Below, one piece after another: positions 12,435 through 25,753 of a stretch of DNA of 43,098 bases. The stretch lies in the NCBI GenBank assembly GCA_051453625.1, contig JBOZIK010000001.1, positions 16,033,935 to 16,077,032 of the forward strand. The letters run 5' to 3'. Numbering within the stretch: the stretch's first letter is position 1; every line of letters begins with the position of its first letter. The notes under the pieces are model-generated. The model made no database searches, was not told where the DNA came from, and was given only the letters and a program-made list of their open reading frames with translations. Source of the DNA: Welwitschia mirabilis (taxonomy: Eukaryota). The position numbers were made by a program, and so were the translations under genes.

Positions 12435-13685
12435 TGTTATGATGCCAATTTATAGGGATTTGATGGCATATTTTGAATGCTTTTGTAGCACATTTATATA
12501 AGTTTGGATGTAATACTAATGATTATGGAGATCTGACAGGATGATCACTAAAACATGTAATTTTTAGCATATATATAGGTTTTTTTAGCTTATTCTAATA
12601 CTGCATATTTGGAAGAAGGATTCATCATGAAATAGATAGACTTACTTTTGAGATTGAAGATAAGGAAGCTTGTCATTCCCTCTATCATCCTCATGAAAGG
12701 TAGGACAATAAAACTGCTAATAGGACAAAAGTTGTGGGATTGACAATTCAACATGAAGCTAATGAAGTACCTTGTGACATAGGATGATATTCCCTATGTT
12801 GTTCCCACAATAATCAAGATAATAACTATTTTTCTATAGCAAAAAAAAATTATCTTTATAATGGGGTCAAGTAATCCATTTGGATTGTTAGGATTTTTTT
12901 TTCTGACTTTTAAGGTTAAGCTTCTAGAACTTCCATGTAAAACTATAAATACCCTCTCCCTCCTTCATTTCTATTTACATCCTTTATACTTAATATGATT
13001 GTGATACAAGAATGAAGAATAAGAGGTCTATCTAGTAGCTACAGAAAGGAGTTTTGTTGATGTTAGACTGAGTCACTTCCATTAAGGTGCTACTATTTTG
13101 CTGTAAGTGGATGTAAAGTTCTTTAAATTAATACAATTAATGTTTTTAATTTCAATTCTGTTTATGTCCCTTATGGTTTAAGTTGGTTATAGTTTAAGTG
13201 ATGATTCTGTAATTTACTTAGATCATAAGGACAACCTTTGTTAAAGTTGACTTTGGTTAGTTTATATTTGCATTGTTATCCCATTTTCATTTCACATTAC
13301 ATTCCATATTATATTTGGTATATTTCATAGTTCACATTAATTAGAAATAAGTTAAGTACTTTTCTTAATTGATTTGAATTATAGAGATAATATTTATTAT
13401 TATAAAAGATTAGGATGTTATAGAATTCATTCCACTTCCATTTTCATTTCATCTTCATTTACTTTTAATTGAATTTTACTTTATTATTTACTTTTAGTTA
13501 TTAAAAGATAAAAAGACTAAAAATACCTTTAAAAATCAATTCTCTAACTTTGAGCCTAGTTCTTTCATTAGAATTGCAACATTTGGGTAAACTCCCATCT
13601 ATACTAAAGTGTGTTTTTTTATAAGTGATTTGATTTACAGGTTTACCTAAAGGACTTCAAGATTGCATAAATTCACACTACAACA
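12435..13685 (+). repeat. 3' LTR of element B
   Basis: TGTTAT...CTACAACA, tataaata at 12944, homologous to 3978-4868; similarity stops at 13685 and the right flank reads agcat. Confidence 0.9.
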
Positions 13686-14830
13686 AGCATCTATTAGTAG
13701 AGGAATTCAACTCCAAAGGACTTGTGTTGGACTTATTATGATAAGGATTCAATCAAAAGCTACATAGCAATCTCCACCAATTACTACAAAACAATCTTTA
13801 TTAAATGCTAAATGACGAAGAGTCTACCTAATGCTAGAGGATAGAATCTTATCTATCTAATGATATAAGATAACTTACATCAAATACTATAAGACAGAAT
13901 CTTATCTACCTAATGCTAAATGACAAAGATTCTACCTAATGCTATAAGCTAAAAGCTTGTAATTGTCCCTTATGCCTATCCCTTCTTATAAAAAGGCCTT
14001 TAACCTTTCATTGTATTTATATTTTGGTTGGAAAAATTAGGAAACACTTAAAGGCTTGAATATGATAATGTTCTAATACTCTTTTAGATGTGGAATACTC
14101 AAGGCTAGTTGAGGAGCACTTCGTTTTTGCCTTCTTCATTGATGTAATGTATTTCTCTCCATTTTAATAAAGATATGATTTGAATCCTTTTATTATTAAT
14201 GCATAATTTCAATTAGTATTAGAAATGTTTAGGTAGAACTAGTTCTTAGAGTAGGTTTAATTCTTTATTATTAATTCATAGTAAAATGGTATTAGTAATA
14301 TTTAGATAAATCTTAAATAATTGTCAAGTTATTTCTAATGTGTGAGTTTTCTAAGGTTACTTTTGTAATTTATAGTGTCTATTATTTAATGGATCTTAAG
14401 TAGTTTATTACATACTTTTATGCTTATAAAGGGCTATGAAGTAGCAAGAGGACTTGATAACTCATCAAAAATCATGTGATAAATGATTTTTTGCATCCAT
14501 TCTAATCCTTAATGACTTAATTATTTAGTGTATTTTTTAGATATAGAATCATTGGATTAAAGGAGTGGATATGGATGTATCATTGAATCCTTAGAGAATT
14601 TACATTCCTTTGCATTACTAATTAAAGATAACTTTCTTTTCTCAACTTATGATTTTATTTTATTTGAGTTTTCATTGCAAGTAGAATAGTCTTATATATT
14701 TTGGTTAATTTACCTTATACATCCTTATGGAAGAATAATACTAAATGTTTTATTTAGTTTAAATCTAGACATTTTACTACAATTAACAACCTCTCTTATT
14801 GTCTTTGGAGAAAAAAGGGAAAAAAATCTT
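13686..14830 (+). mobile_element. Probable 3' part of an older, unrelated LTR interrupted by element B
   Basis: Short subrepeats, then tataaaaagg (~13987), then a T-rich R/U5-like stretch ending near tcttggtg (14827), a possible PBS remnant. No second copy in the window. Confidence 0.4.
13804..13950. repeat. Degenerate short tandem subrepeats (ctacctaatgcta core)
   Basis: aatgctaaatgacgaagagtctacctaatgcta recurs as aatgctaaatgacaaagattctacctaatgcta; agaatcttatcta occurs twice. Confidence 0.75.
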
Positions 14831-15299
14831 GGTGATAAGAAAATATTACTCATGGGATTTTCTCTTTTTATTAAGTTTGATGTTATATTTTATTCTCTAA
14901 TTTTATTGATTGTTTAATGAAAAAAATTTAGTTTTTTCATTAATGAAATTCTAGAATTTCTTTCTTCTATTGAAGTAATAATTTACTACTTTAATTTAGC
15001 TCTAATACTAATTGTAAGATTTTTTAAACACTTATCTTAATGTTGAAATTTTATATTATAAATAACTTATAAGATAACATAAAAAGAGCAAATTAAATCA
15101 CATACAAAATAATTGTATAATTTTTTTATTATCATGTAGTATTTAAATACATTATTTAAAAATCATTGATCTTAAATGAGTGATTAAAAGGAAGACACAC
15201 ATTATGCCCTTAGCCCATCTCCTATAACACTTCAGGATTACCTAAGATTCTCATTGGTTTCTCTAAGAGTATCCATTTATACCTAATGACATGACTCTT

Positions 15300-18200
15300 A
15301 AGCTTTATAAAAAGGCATTTACAATAGGCTTTATTAAATAATTCTTTTTTTAATATGAATGATTACCTTTAACTAATGTCGTTTAGCTATATAATCAACA
15401 TATATGATAATCATTTTTTGTAATTTTTTTTATTAAGAAATTTAGAAATGGATTTACGAATATTATAATAATTAAATTCTAGATGATCGTATTGAGCCTA
15501 CACTTTAATTTTAAAGATGATAGGAGAATATTTTTTATGAAAAGTAACTATAGAATCATTTTTTCATATTTAAGATAAAATAATAAGATGAATTCATCTC
15601 GACAAAATGAGTTGAGGATACTGTAAAGCATGATCATCATCATTAAAAAAAAAAAGAGTCTTCCTAATTTAGATTGGAATTTTATAGAGATTAAGAAATC
15701 CATAATCAATAAAATTTACATAATTACATTGATGAAAGGTATAATATCAACTCTCACCTAAATCATAAGAAGGGAACACTAATGAGAAAATCCTTGAATG
15801 AAATAAATAATATCTTAATAAAAACTATTAACATAAGAGATACAAGAGAAAATGTTTTATTTTAGAAAGAGTATGGAATTTTTAGATGAAATTAAAGATT
15901 TCTAATCTTTTGATAAATCATTTACACTGTATTGATGATTAAATCGAGAAGGAAAAACATAAACAAAATTAATGAATTTAGATATCTTCTTAACTTTAAA
16001 AGATCACAGAAAAGATTCATTGGATCACTAAAGGAAATAACATAAAGATTTTCACTATTAATTATCTAAGAATTATGTTCAAGAAAATTCTTTAACTTTA
16101 AAAATAAATAATGCATTATTGTAGATAATCCACATAAAATTTAAAAATTCACCTACTAAAGCACTACCCTTGAAAATAGATACAACTTAATGAAATGATT
16201 TTTTTCCCCTAATCATTAAGATGCTAACTTAAAATATTAACATGTTAGAGGATTATTAGGTAAATGAATCAATCATTGAGTAAGTTATTAAAACATTAAT
16301 AAAGGATTAATGATTCTATACTAGTTAATATATCAATGGATAATTTTCATGATTTTCAAATAATTTGAAAAACATGAGTGCCACTTATTTTTATTTTTTA
16401 GGGATAGATTATATAACTCATGTAATGAATACTTTCTTAAGAAAACTAATGTTAAAAAAAAATGCAACTCATAGATCGAAAAATAATGAAGTAATAACAT
16501 CCCTTTGATGACTAAAGTCTAAGATTAGTTAAAATAATCATAAGATCCAATCCATGTATTTGTTTGTAAAGAAAACATATACTATAGATCACACTAGAAA
16601 AACCTTATTTAGTATTAAAAATTAACTATATAAAACTCTTAAAATGTCTTTTATTTTAGTATAATATTTTTTGGATGTATCCTAATAAGAAGAATAATAA
16701 ATATGAATAGAGAGAATAATGGATTTTTATACCATAAATATCATAATATTTGAAATACATTTATATTTCCATTTATTGATCTTTTTTTAAATATTTTCTA
16801 AAAGAAACGTTTAAAGATCTACAAGAGATCAAGAAAGTAAAAAATAAATGTTGAATTTTTTAAAAATCTTTATTATTTAAATTAAATAAATTCAAAGATA
16901 AATCTATCCATAATTTCAAAATAAATTAATATAAAAGGTTTTTTCTCAATTTATTTTGAATACAGATAACACATAACATCAATCTATTTTGTAAATAAGA
17001 TGAGGTGAAAGTATTTTATGATTTGTGATGATGAAAAAAAATCATTAAAAATGCATATTAATAGTCTATTTGTGATCATTTTAAATTTGAACATAGAAAA
17101 TTAAGACTAATTGCTCTTTAGTATGTGTAGCATGACATAAAAAGTCTATAGGAAGAATAAAGAAATAAGAATCTAAAGGATAACCTTATAAGATAGATTA
17201 ACTAAATTATGAATGTTGTTGAAATACCATGCTAATTTGCTACATAAGCATTAGTATCATTAAATAGATAGTTAACGAAGTGATCAAAGGTCTTGCCAGA
17301 AATTCAAAATAAAATCCCACTAAATTTTCTCATAATTTTTTGCATAGTTTAGTTAATTGAAGACAACATCTTGACTAAAATAGTTTTCCTAATACATTTC
17401 TTCTCATGCAATAACCATATTATTAAGAATATATGCACCTTTAATAAATCTATATTTCTCATTACAAATACTATCTAAAAGAATATATTTCAATCTACTA
17501 GCTAAAGATTTTATTCAATATGTTATAAGAAACATTAAGTAATGTGATTTAATATTAGTTGATGGAAAAATGAGAAACTTTGCATTTACAAATTGGCCAA
17601 GTAATTATTTTATTGATATGAATGTCCAAAGAATCTTTATGAATATCCTCTTAAATCATCTTTGTATCATATGATATTCTAATTATTTTTGTAAATTTTA
17701 TATGAAAACCATTAAATCCTAGGGATTTTCCATTAAATAAACTACAACATACCTCTTTTATTTATTCAAAAGTGATATTCCTTTTCAAAATAAAGTTTTG
17801 AGTGGAAGTAATTTTTCTGATAATGACAGAGAGATTTTAATAGAAAATAATGGGATGAAAATCCTTTGTTCTAATATGTCTACAAAATAATCTACTACAT
17901 AATTCAAAACATGATGTGGCTTATAAATTAAGGTATTATTAATAAGAAATTAAAAGAACAATTGATGAGCACTTGACCTAAGTTTTAAAACTTTGAAAAG
18001 ACTCTTTATAGTTATCATCTTAAATGTCCAACTATATTAATCTACTATTAATTAAATAACTAAAAGAATAATAAGCATTCTAGACTTATAGGTATCATCT
18101 TGAATTAGTTAATTAAGTTTTAGTTTGAATATTTTTTACAACTACTAAAGATAAAATATGTTGATATTTATAATTTCAAGTATAAATGAATTATTTTAAA

Positions 18201-19083
18201 AAATAATATATTAGGTTTCTCTTTCATTCCTTTTTAAGTAAATTCTTAATAATGTAAATAAAAGAGGAATTAATTATTGTAATGGTTATAAGAATAAAAT
18301 TTAGTATCTCATGTGATAAAAATAATCACATAGAATTACATCCATTAAATCTCTTAAAGTAAAAGAAGTTAATCAAAATAAGCTAGCTAAAATATAAATT
18401 CAATCTAATTAATGTAGAACTATTCTAGCAATTACTCCAAGTATAGGTTAATTAAGAAAATATAAAATTAAATTGAGCTTATTTATTAAACAAAGAAACT
18501 ATCAGAAGTTTCAAATTCTTCACATATTAAAAGAAAATACCATCTTATTTGTTATTTGAAGTATCTAAAATATTAAAATCTCTAAAATTCAAAAAACATT
18601 AGGAAGCTTAGAATGAAATTCTAAACATAAAATACAATGACTCATAGAATTATTAGGATTAGAAATAAAACAAATACTTGAACATCCAAAATGAAAAGTA
18701 AAGTTAGTCTAAACAATCTTTTAATTACTATCTTAGCCAAAATATTATAAGGATGACTTACATATGGAATGAAATAAATAGAAGAATTTCCTTTGCCTTC
18801 AAAATAAGTAACAAAAATGAAATTTACTATGGACAAAATGCTAATAAGTAAGACCAATAGCAAAATATGAAATCTTTATTTCTTTAATAAGAATAAAGTT
18901 AGCAAATGCAATAGAAAAAACATAAAGAACAGAATTTTTTCTATGAATTTTATCTATGAGGACTTATACATTTCATCAAAAAATAGTCATGAAAAAATTA
19001 AATGATAAATGCCTCTCATTAATCTTTAATAAATTAATATTTAATTATGAATTAACATTCATACTTAATGCAAAAAAAAAAAA
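15300..19083 (+). mobile_element. Possible extremely decayed L1-like LINE ORF2 with A-tail
   Basis: A-rich strand with weak motif echoes in LINE order (RKSMEFLDE ~15864, MSFIL..FLD ~16644, LTKIV..LMQ..KNIC ~17370-17440, RNFAF ~17572), aataaa near 19028 and an A run at 19072-19083. No clean YADD/FADD seen. Confidence 0.3.
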
Positions 19084-19208
19084 TGAAACTAGAAATACCA
19101 TTAAAAATAATTTTCCTAAAATAAGAGAAAATGTATTCTATTTTTCTTTTTATATTAGATTCTTACAATACCTATCATTGATATCTCATCTTACAACTCC
19201 TTTCATCT

Positions 19209-20479
19209 TATTGCGATGCTAAATTGTATGTTTTTAATTGGGTATTTTAAGTAGTTTTTCAATAAATTTAGATAAGTTTAAGCATAAAATGATGATTATT
19301 GAGAGGTAAGAAGAAAATAATGAAAATAAACAAATACTAGTACTTTTTGAGGCATTTTAGATTAATTCTGATACTTCACATTTTAAGGAGGAATTAATGA
19401 GCTTCAAGGATAATTTGCATGATGACTAGGATGCTAATTGGACTGACATGAAGAATAAATATATAACTATGTTAATGTGGCATCATCTCTACCATCATCC
19501 AGATAAGAATTAGGATGACCATCTAATTTTAGTAAATGTACCAAAATTCATCAAAATTCTATAATGTGTCATGTGCTTTTTTACATAGTGGTTAGGGTTT
19601 TACCCACATCCATTAGTTTTGTTTATTTGTAAGTTTATCTTTGTTAATAAATATCAACTCGGCCTTCAACTCTAATCATCTTTATTCACATTGAAAATTC
19701 TCATGATAAGAGAACAAATGGTTGGAGGTCCATTTGATCATTGCAAAGACGGGTCTTCCTTGTTGTTGGGATATGTTTTCTTCACTGAGGTACTACTACT
19801 TTATAACAGGATGTTTATTTGACTTTTAATGGAACTCTTCTTTTACTTTTATTTATATTTATGTACATCTTCCTTATGATTTATGTTGCTTTTGATTTTG
19901 TGATAGCTTCATCTATCATATGGATCATGAGGATAATCTTTGTTAAGATTAGAATCATTAGTTTAGAATACTACATTGGATTTATATTTCACAGATTAAA
20001 TCATTACATATTTTTATATTTTATTTGATGTACTTAATAGCTTAAGTTGATTTTGGTTAGTGACAACTTTCTTTATTGATCTAGATTATGTAGGGTCAAT
20101 CTTAGTGATAGACATTTGGTAGTCAAATAGATATTGCATTTAGGGTAGTTTTCATTCACATTTGCATTCTATATTTACTTTTCTTACATTTTTTATTTTC
20201 ATTTTTGAATCTTTACTAAGTAAAAAGCAATTCTCNNNNNNNNNNNNNNNNNNNNNNNNNNNNNNNNNNNNNNNNNNNNNNNNNNNNNNNNNNNNNNNNN
20301 NNNNNNNNNNNNNNNNNNNNNNNNNNNNNNNNNNNTCTAGCTTCGAGCCTAGCAACTTCAATGGATTATGACATTCAGGTCTACTCTTGTCTATATTAGT
20401 GTATTGTATTTTTGCATATATTTGTGATTAATAATATTTAACTAAGAATATAATATTTATATAAATATGTGTTGTAACA
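19209..20479 (+). repeat. LTR 1 of element C
   Basis: tattgcgatgctaaattgtat aligns with tgttgcaatgtcaaattgtat at 28353; ends gttgtaaCA; contains a 100-N gap. Confidence 0.88.
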
Positions 20480-20481
20480 TC

Positions 20482-20500
20482 TTAGCATCATTTCTAAGTA
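20482..20500 (+). promoter_or_regulatory. Heavily decayed tRNA-Asp-type PBS
   Basis: ttagcatcatttctaagta directly after the LTR end, followed by aggtcataaggag as in the other two PBS contexts. Confidence 0.6.
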
Positions 20501-20949
20501 AGGTCATAAGGAGTTCAAGGATTGTCGTTACCTAGATAAGTGCTTTAGATTTTGATTTAGGTATTTTTTTATAGTAGTGTTATGTTTTTGCTAAAAATAT
20601 TACAATTTTTTTTGCTTTTTACAATTTTTTCACTTTTTTTTTTTTTTTTTTGGTTCTCTGATTTGATTTTTTGGATCTGTCATCCTGTACGTTATCTCAA
20701 CAACATTGTCAAATGATAGTCTAGGATAAATCTTTTCTATTACTTTTCTTTTATAAGTTTATTTTTAGTTTTCTATCATGTAACAAGTTAATAACGTCTA
20801 ATCTGTCATCCAGCTGGTACTAGAAGATGACTAATAATGTGTTTTTATTCTAGTTTTCAAAAATTTTATTTTCTAGTTTTTGATCATTCAGGATATCATC
20901 TAGATGATGAATTAAATAACGAGTACATAGACATTTTATTAAGTACATA

Positions 20950-21645
20950 AGAATGTGATGAAATCTAGTGAAAAGCTCAAATGTTTAAGGGAATGAAGCT
21001 TAATCAAAAAAATATCAAAAAAGTCTCACTCAATAAAAAATTAAAAAAGGTATGCATACCCTAAGTATGTAATTTCTAAGATTTGGGAAAAAAAAAAATT
21101 ACTTTTATAATTTTCAAACGAAATCTTTCAAATAGAAGTAGTGAAAATAATAAAATAAAGGAAAAATCGTTTTATCTCCTTCTTATTAACAAGTAGTGTT
21201 ACTTAATACAAATATGATAGAACCCTCTAGTTCAAATGTGAATGTTACCATAAGAGAGATAATTACTAGACCAAAACATGAAAGACAAAAATCTTGTAAC
21301 TTATCTTCTAATGATGATCTAGAGCTTAAAATTATGAATTCTTCTTATTTATCCTTCCCATTCACTACTAAGAATAATGATAAAATACCAAAATGAGAAA
21401 TATTAGCTGAAATAAGAGTTGAATAAAGAAGAAGAAGAAAACATAAAAATTCAAAAAAAATGAAAATAAAACACTTATTAAAATATTTCAAGAATAATTT
21501 TGGGGAACTTCAAATAATGTTGAGATTAAGACCCCTTCCTCTTTTCAAAATTCTTATTTTTTATCTCCTTTTCAAACTTTAAATGAAAATGACAATGATG
21601 TTTTACAACTTTTAAGGACTTTAACCTCATCTAGTAAAACATCCT
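20950..21645 (+). pseudogene. gag N-terminal relic, copy 1
   Basis: Colinear with 22720-23410 and partly with element B 5440-5860. Confidence 0.65.
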
Positions 21646-21745
21646 NNNNNNNNNNNNNNNNNNNNNNNNNNNNNNNNNNNNNNNNNNNNNNNNNNNNNNN
21701 NNNNNNNNNNNNNNNNNNNNNNNNNNNNNNNNNNNNNNNNNNNNN

Positions 21746-22637
21746 TGAGGGCTGTCGTGCCTAATGTAGTATAGTAGTGAAACATGCCTCTTCCTTATTC
21801 TGCCTCTGAAGAATGAGTGATTTCCCTTCTCTTATCCTTTTTGCCTAACTAGAGCAGGTTTAATGCATTTATTAGATTTGTTATTATTAGAGTCTGTTAC
21901 TATTAATAAATACCGCCTTTGCCCTTGACTTTGATCATCTTTGTTGCACTAAAAATTCTTGTGATAGGAGACCGAAAGGCTGGAGGTCCATCCATTAATT
22001 ACAGAGAGAGATCTTCCTTGGTGTTGGGCTATGTATCCTTCATTAAGGTGTTGTTGCTTTATAACAGAATGTTGGTTTGACTTTTAATAGAAATATTTTT
22101 TTTAGTTTTATTCATATTCATATGCATCTCTTTTATGGTTTATGTTGCTTATGATTTCGTGATAGCTTTATTTGTAATATAGGTCATCAATGGTAACCTT
22201 TGTCATGGTTGTAAACATTAGTATAGAAACTTTTATTACATCTTATATTTCCTAAATTAATCAATGCATGTTTTCAATATTCTGTTTGATGCACTTGATA
22301 GCTTAGGTTGGTTAGGGTTAGTAATAGTTTTCTTAATGAATCTAGATTATACAAGGTCAATCTTGGTGACAAAGATTCGGTAGTCACATAGATATTGCAT
22401 TTAGAGTAGATTGCATTTGTATTTGCATTGTATGTTGACTCTTCTTGCATTATTGATTTTCATTTTGAACCTTTACTTTATGACATGTAATTCTCTTTCT
22501 TCTTGCTTTGTGCCTTTGATGAATTACAAAATTTAGATCACTCCCATCTATATTAGTTACTGTGTTTTGTAATACATATTTATAATTAATAAGATTTAAT
22601 AAGAATGTAAAAGATTGCATAAATACGCATCACAACA
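21746..22637 (+). repeat. LTR 2 (middle LTR; start hidden in gap)
   Basis: Aligns with LTR 1 and LTR 3 from ~21890 on; ends aatacgcatcacaaCA; 21746-21880 does not match the other two. Confidence 0.85.
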
Positions 22638-22639
22638 TC

Positions 22640-22658
22640 TTGGTGCTATTACCGAGGA
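22640..22658 (+). promoter_or_regulatory. tRNA-Asp-type PBS
   Basis: ttggtgctattaccgagga, the best preserved match to TGGCGCCGTTGCCGGGGA in the window. Confidence 0.82.
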
Positions 22659-22719
22659 AGGCCATAAGAAGTTTGAATATTGTCTTTACCTAGATAAGTG
22701 CTTTGGATTTTGATTCAAG

Positions 22720-25700
22720 GATGTGATAAAATTTGGTGAAAATCTGACATATCTGAGGAAATGAAGATTACTTGAAAAAAATCAAAAAAATATCACTTAA
22801 TAAAAATAAAATATAGGTATGCACACCCTAGGTACATAATTTCCAAGATTTGAAGAAAATATTTTTTGCTTTTGTGATTCCAAAACCAAATTTTTCAAAT
22901 AGCAATAGTAAAAATAATTGAATAGGAAAAAGAAATTGTTTTATTGCCTTCTAATTAATGAATTACAACACTTAAAAACATGATAGAATCCTCTAATTCA
23001 AATGTGAACGTTATCATAGGAGAGTAGTTGCTAGAAGAACATGTGAAAGACAAAAATATTTTAACTTGTCTCCTAATGATGATTTACAACTTAAAACCAA
23101 GAATTCTTTTTATTCATCCTTCCTATCCACTACTAAGAATAATGATAAAAAATCATTATGAGAAATATTAGCTGAAATCAAAGTTGAAGAAAGAAGGAGA
23201 AAACATAAAAGTTATAAGAATAATAGAAATAAAACACTTAAAGAAATATTACAAAAATAACTTTGGGAGACTTCAAATGATGTTGAGACTAGGAACCCTT
23301 GTTCTTTTAAAACTTCTTATTTTTTCTCTTTTTCATTTTATAGTTCAAATAAAAATGACAGTGATGATTTATAGCATTTTGGAGATTTACCTCATCTAGT
23401 AAAACATCTTATAATCATTTTAATGAATTCTAACCATCTCACATCCATTATCATGAAGAAGAAGATCTATCTACCATAAGCTACTATGAATAAAGAAATA
23501 ACTCAGTAACAAAAATTCTTAAGGAAATGAAAATGAGGCAAGAAAATACCAGTAAGAGCTTAGAAAATTTGATTGGAATGTTTTAATAAAATTTATTGCA
23601 AATTTAAAAATCTCAAGATTCATTTACATAACAAACCTATTCTACTACATATTACCTTGAGAATGATAAAGAGAACTTACAAATAAGTAATAACATTTCT
23701 TGCTTTGAAATAGAAAATAAAAGTATGGATCAACCTACAACATCAAACTTATTAGGAGATGGACAACGAAGAAAAAACAATAATGATTTAACTTCATTAT
23801 TTGATAATAAAGATGAAGATGATAATTTCTTAGATGATGAGCTATGTTATAATTCCATTCAATTCCTATTAGAAAATAAAGATGAAAAAAAATAACTAAC
23901 TCATAAAAAATCTAAGAATTCCTTAATTCATGCTAAACATAATAATTGTATTTCTATTTTTAATGACTTTGATGAATTGAAAAATAATAATGTGTAACAA
24001 GATGATGAGAATGATGAAAAAGAAAATGCTAATAATATTAAAATATTAGATCAAATTCCTAGTTTTTACTCAATTTGTAATGAGGATGAAGGGGTTTAAC
24101 CTTTAAAAGAAGTATAACATATGAGATTAAAAGAGAATTTAATTAATGAAATAAAATCAATGGATAATTTACATTATTAGGGAAGTTGTTCATCCATGTA
24201 ATCTAGATGATAGTTCAAGATGACAGTCAGTAACAACAACTTAATAATTAAAAATGAGGATTACAATTTAGAATTACCAGAATTATTCAACAGAGAAGAA
24301 GAAGATTTAACTTAAGAAATATTAGAGAATCATCCATCACACAATGAGAACTTTTCTTTCTATAATCTTTGTAATGATATGTTTGATGAATCCACAACTT
24401 AGAAATTGAAAATAATCCTCAATAAAATAATAATGAGTTAAATAAAGAAGATCAAAATATAGTCAATAATAATGATAATGATAATGAAGAACAGGGAGAT
24501 ATTATCAAACAACATAATGAAGAAAGTAAAAAGAGCATTCAACTAAGTAATGATAAAATCAATAATAAGAAGGAGAGGAATAAAGAAGAATTAATTGAAA
24601 ATCAAACAAAACTAATGTAGAATAAATTTGTATCTTCTAATGAGATAAATAAACTTAAAGTGTTTACTCATGCTTATCCATTACTTTCACTTGTCCTTTT
24701 ATGCAAAACCTTAAATGACATCACTTCTTCTACTTCTAATTTCACATTATCTTATGATCTTAACAATGATAACCTTTTTCCCTCTTTTCCATTTGAACAT
24801 TTAAGTAATTGTCGAAATCACATTTCTTTCCTTGAAATTAATGAATCACATCACCTTGAGAAGTCTACTCCAAAAATATCTAAATCTTTTCCTTTCAAAA
24901 AATCATGTGCTATAAAAGTAATATCGTTTCCTCTTTTACAAAGTCAACTCTACCTTGTGCTTTAATGATTACTCTTTTTAGAAACAAAACTTAGGATATC
25001 TTTGAACTCTAAATTGGGATAAATGTTATCTTCTTGATCTAAATCCATGCTTAGAATTAAACATTGAGGAGCTTCTTACGTATGTTAAACCTATCTTATT
25101 CGCTCATCCTAAGAAGTTTATTTTAAAGCATTGGATCGTAAATAATACCATTAATGTCTTTCATGTTTAATATCAAGTTTTCAATGCAATTTATGTTTTA
25201 AATCCTTTATATCATGAGCTTGATAAGAGATTGTTTTACCATGAATTACATGAAATTTTTATCTCTTATATTCTTGCTAAATCTTATAGAGAAAATATTT
25301 CATGTGGTCATGCTAATTGAAAAAATTCTCATTTCCTTAATTAAAATCCATATCTTAAATTATATCATAGAAATCTTATTAATCTTACTAAACATTCTAA
25401 AGAGCCCTCAAAATCTTCTTGGATACTTTCTTTGAGTACTTATTATATGATGATATTCATGATTTACATTGTTTTAATAAAATATTATTCTTCAATGAGA
25501 TTTATCACTTCTTTATCTCTTATTTAAAATCTGGAATTTGTGCTATTAAATTTTTATCCTTTTATTGTTTTTATCTCTAATTAATTTAACTAAAAATGAT
25601 TGTATACCTTTTATGTCTTATCAATTGGTTAATATTTGGTTTGGTCCTTATTTTTCTAAGAGAATTCAATATCCTAGAATCATAACCTTAGGAATAAATA

Positions 25701-25753
25701 TTTCTTTTTTTCTTTTCAATAAAAGTATTAAATTGAATTTAGGATTTGGATGA
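22720..25753 (+). pseudogene. Truncated gag relic followed by acidic/Asn-rich coding relic of unknown nature
   Basis: 22720-23130 and ~23500-23650 resemble element B gag; from ~23725 it reads MDQPTTSNLLGDGQRRKNNNDLTSLFDNKDEDDNFLDDELCYNSIQFLLENKDEKK. The 3' boundary is uncertain. Confidence 0.5.

Larger units (their letters stand above)
3978..13685 (+). mobile_element. Decayed near full-length Athila-type Ty3/gypsy LTR retrotransposon (element B)
   Basis: Two homologous LTRs, PBS, domain order gag-PR-RT-RH-INT, FMDDF RT motif, no visible chromodomain, long 3' non-coding region, PPT. Many stops and frameshifts. Confidence 0.92.

Noticed and set aside
19190..19208. acaactcctttca as the PPT/LTR junction of the minus-strand copia relic
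   Set aside because: Plausible, but no partner LTR is visible to confirm it.
18642..20371. Short hydrophobic ORFs (18642-18863, 18956-19222, 19819-20028, 20162-20371)
   Set aside because: Expected by chance in T-rich DNA; some lie within or across an LTR and are not kept in sister LTRs.
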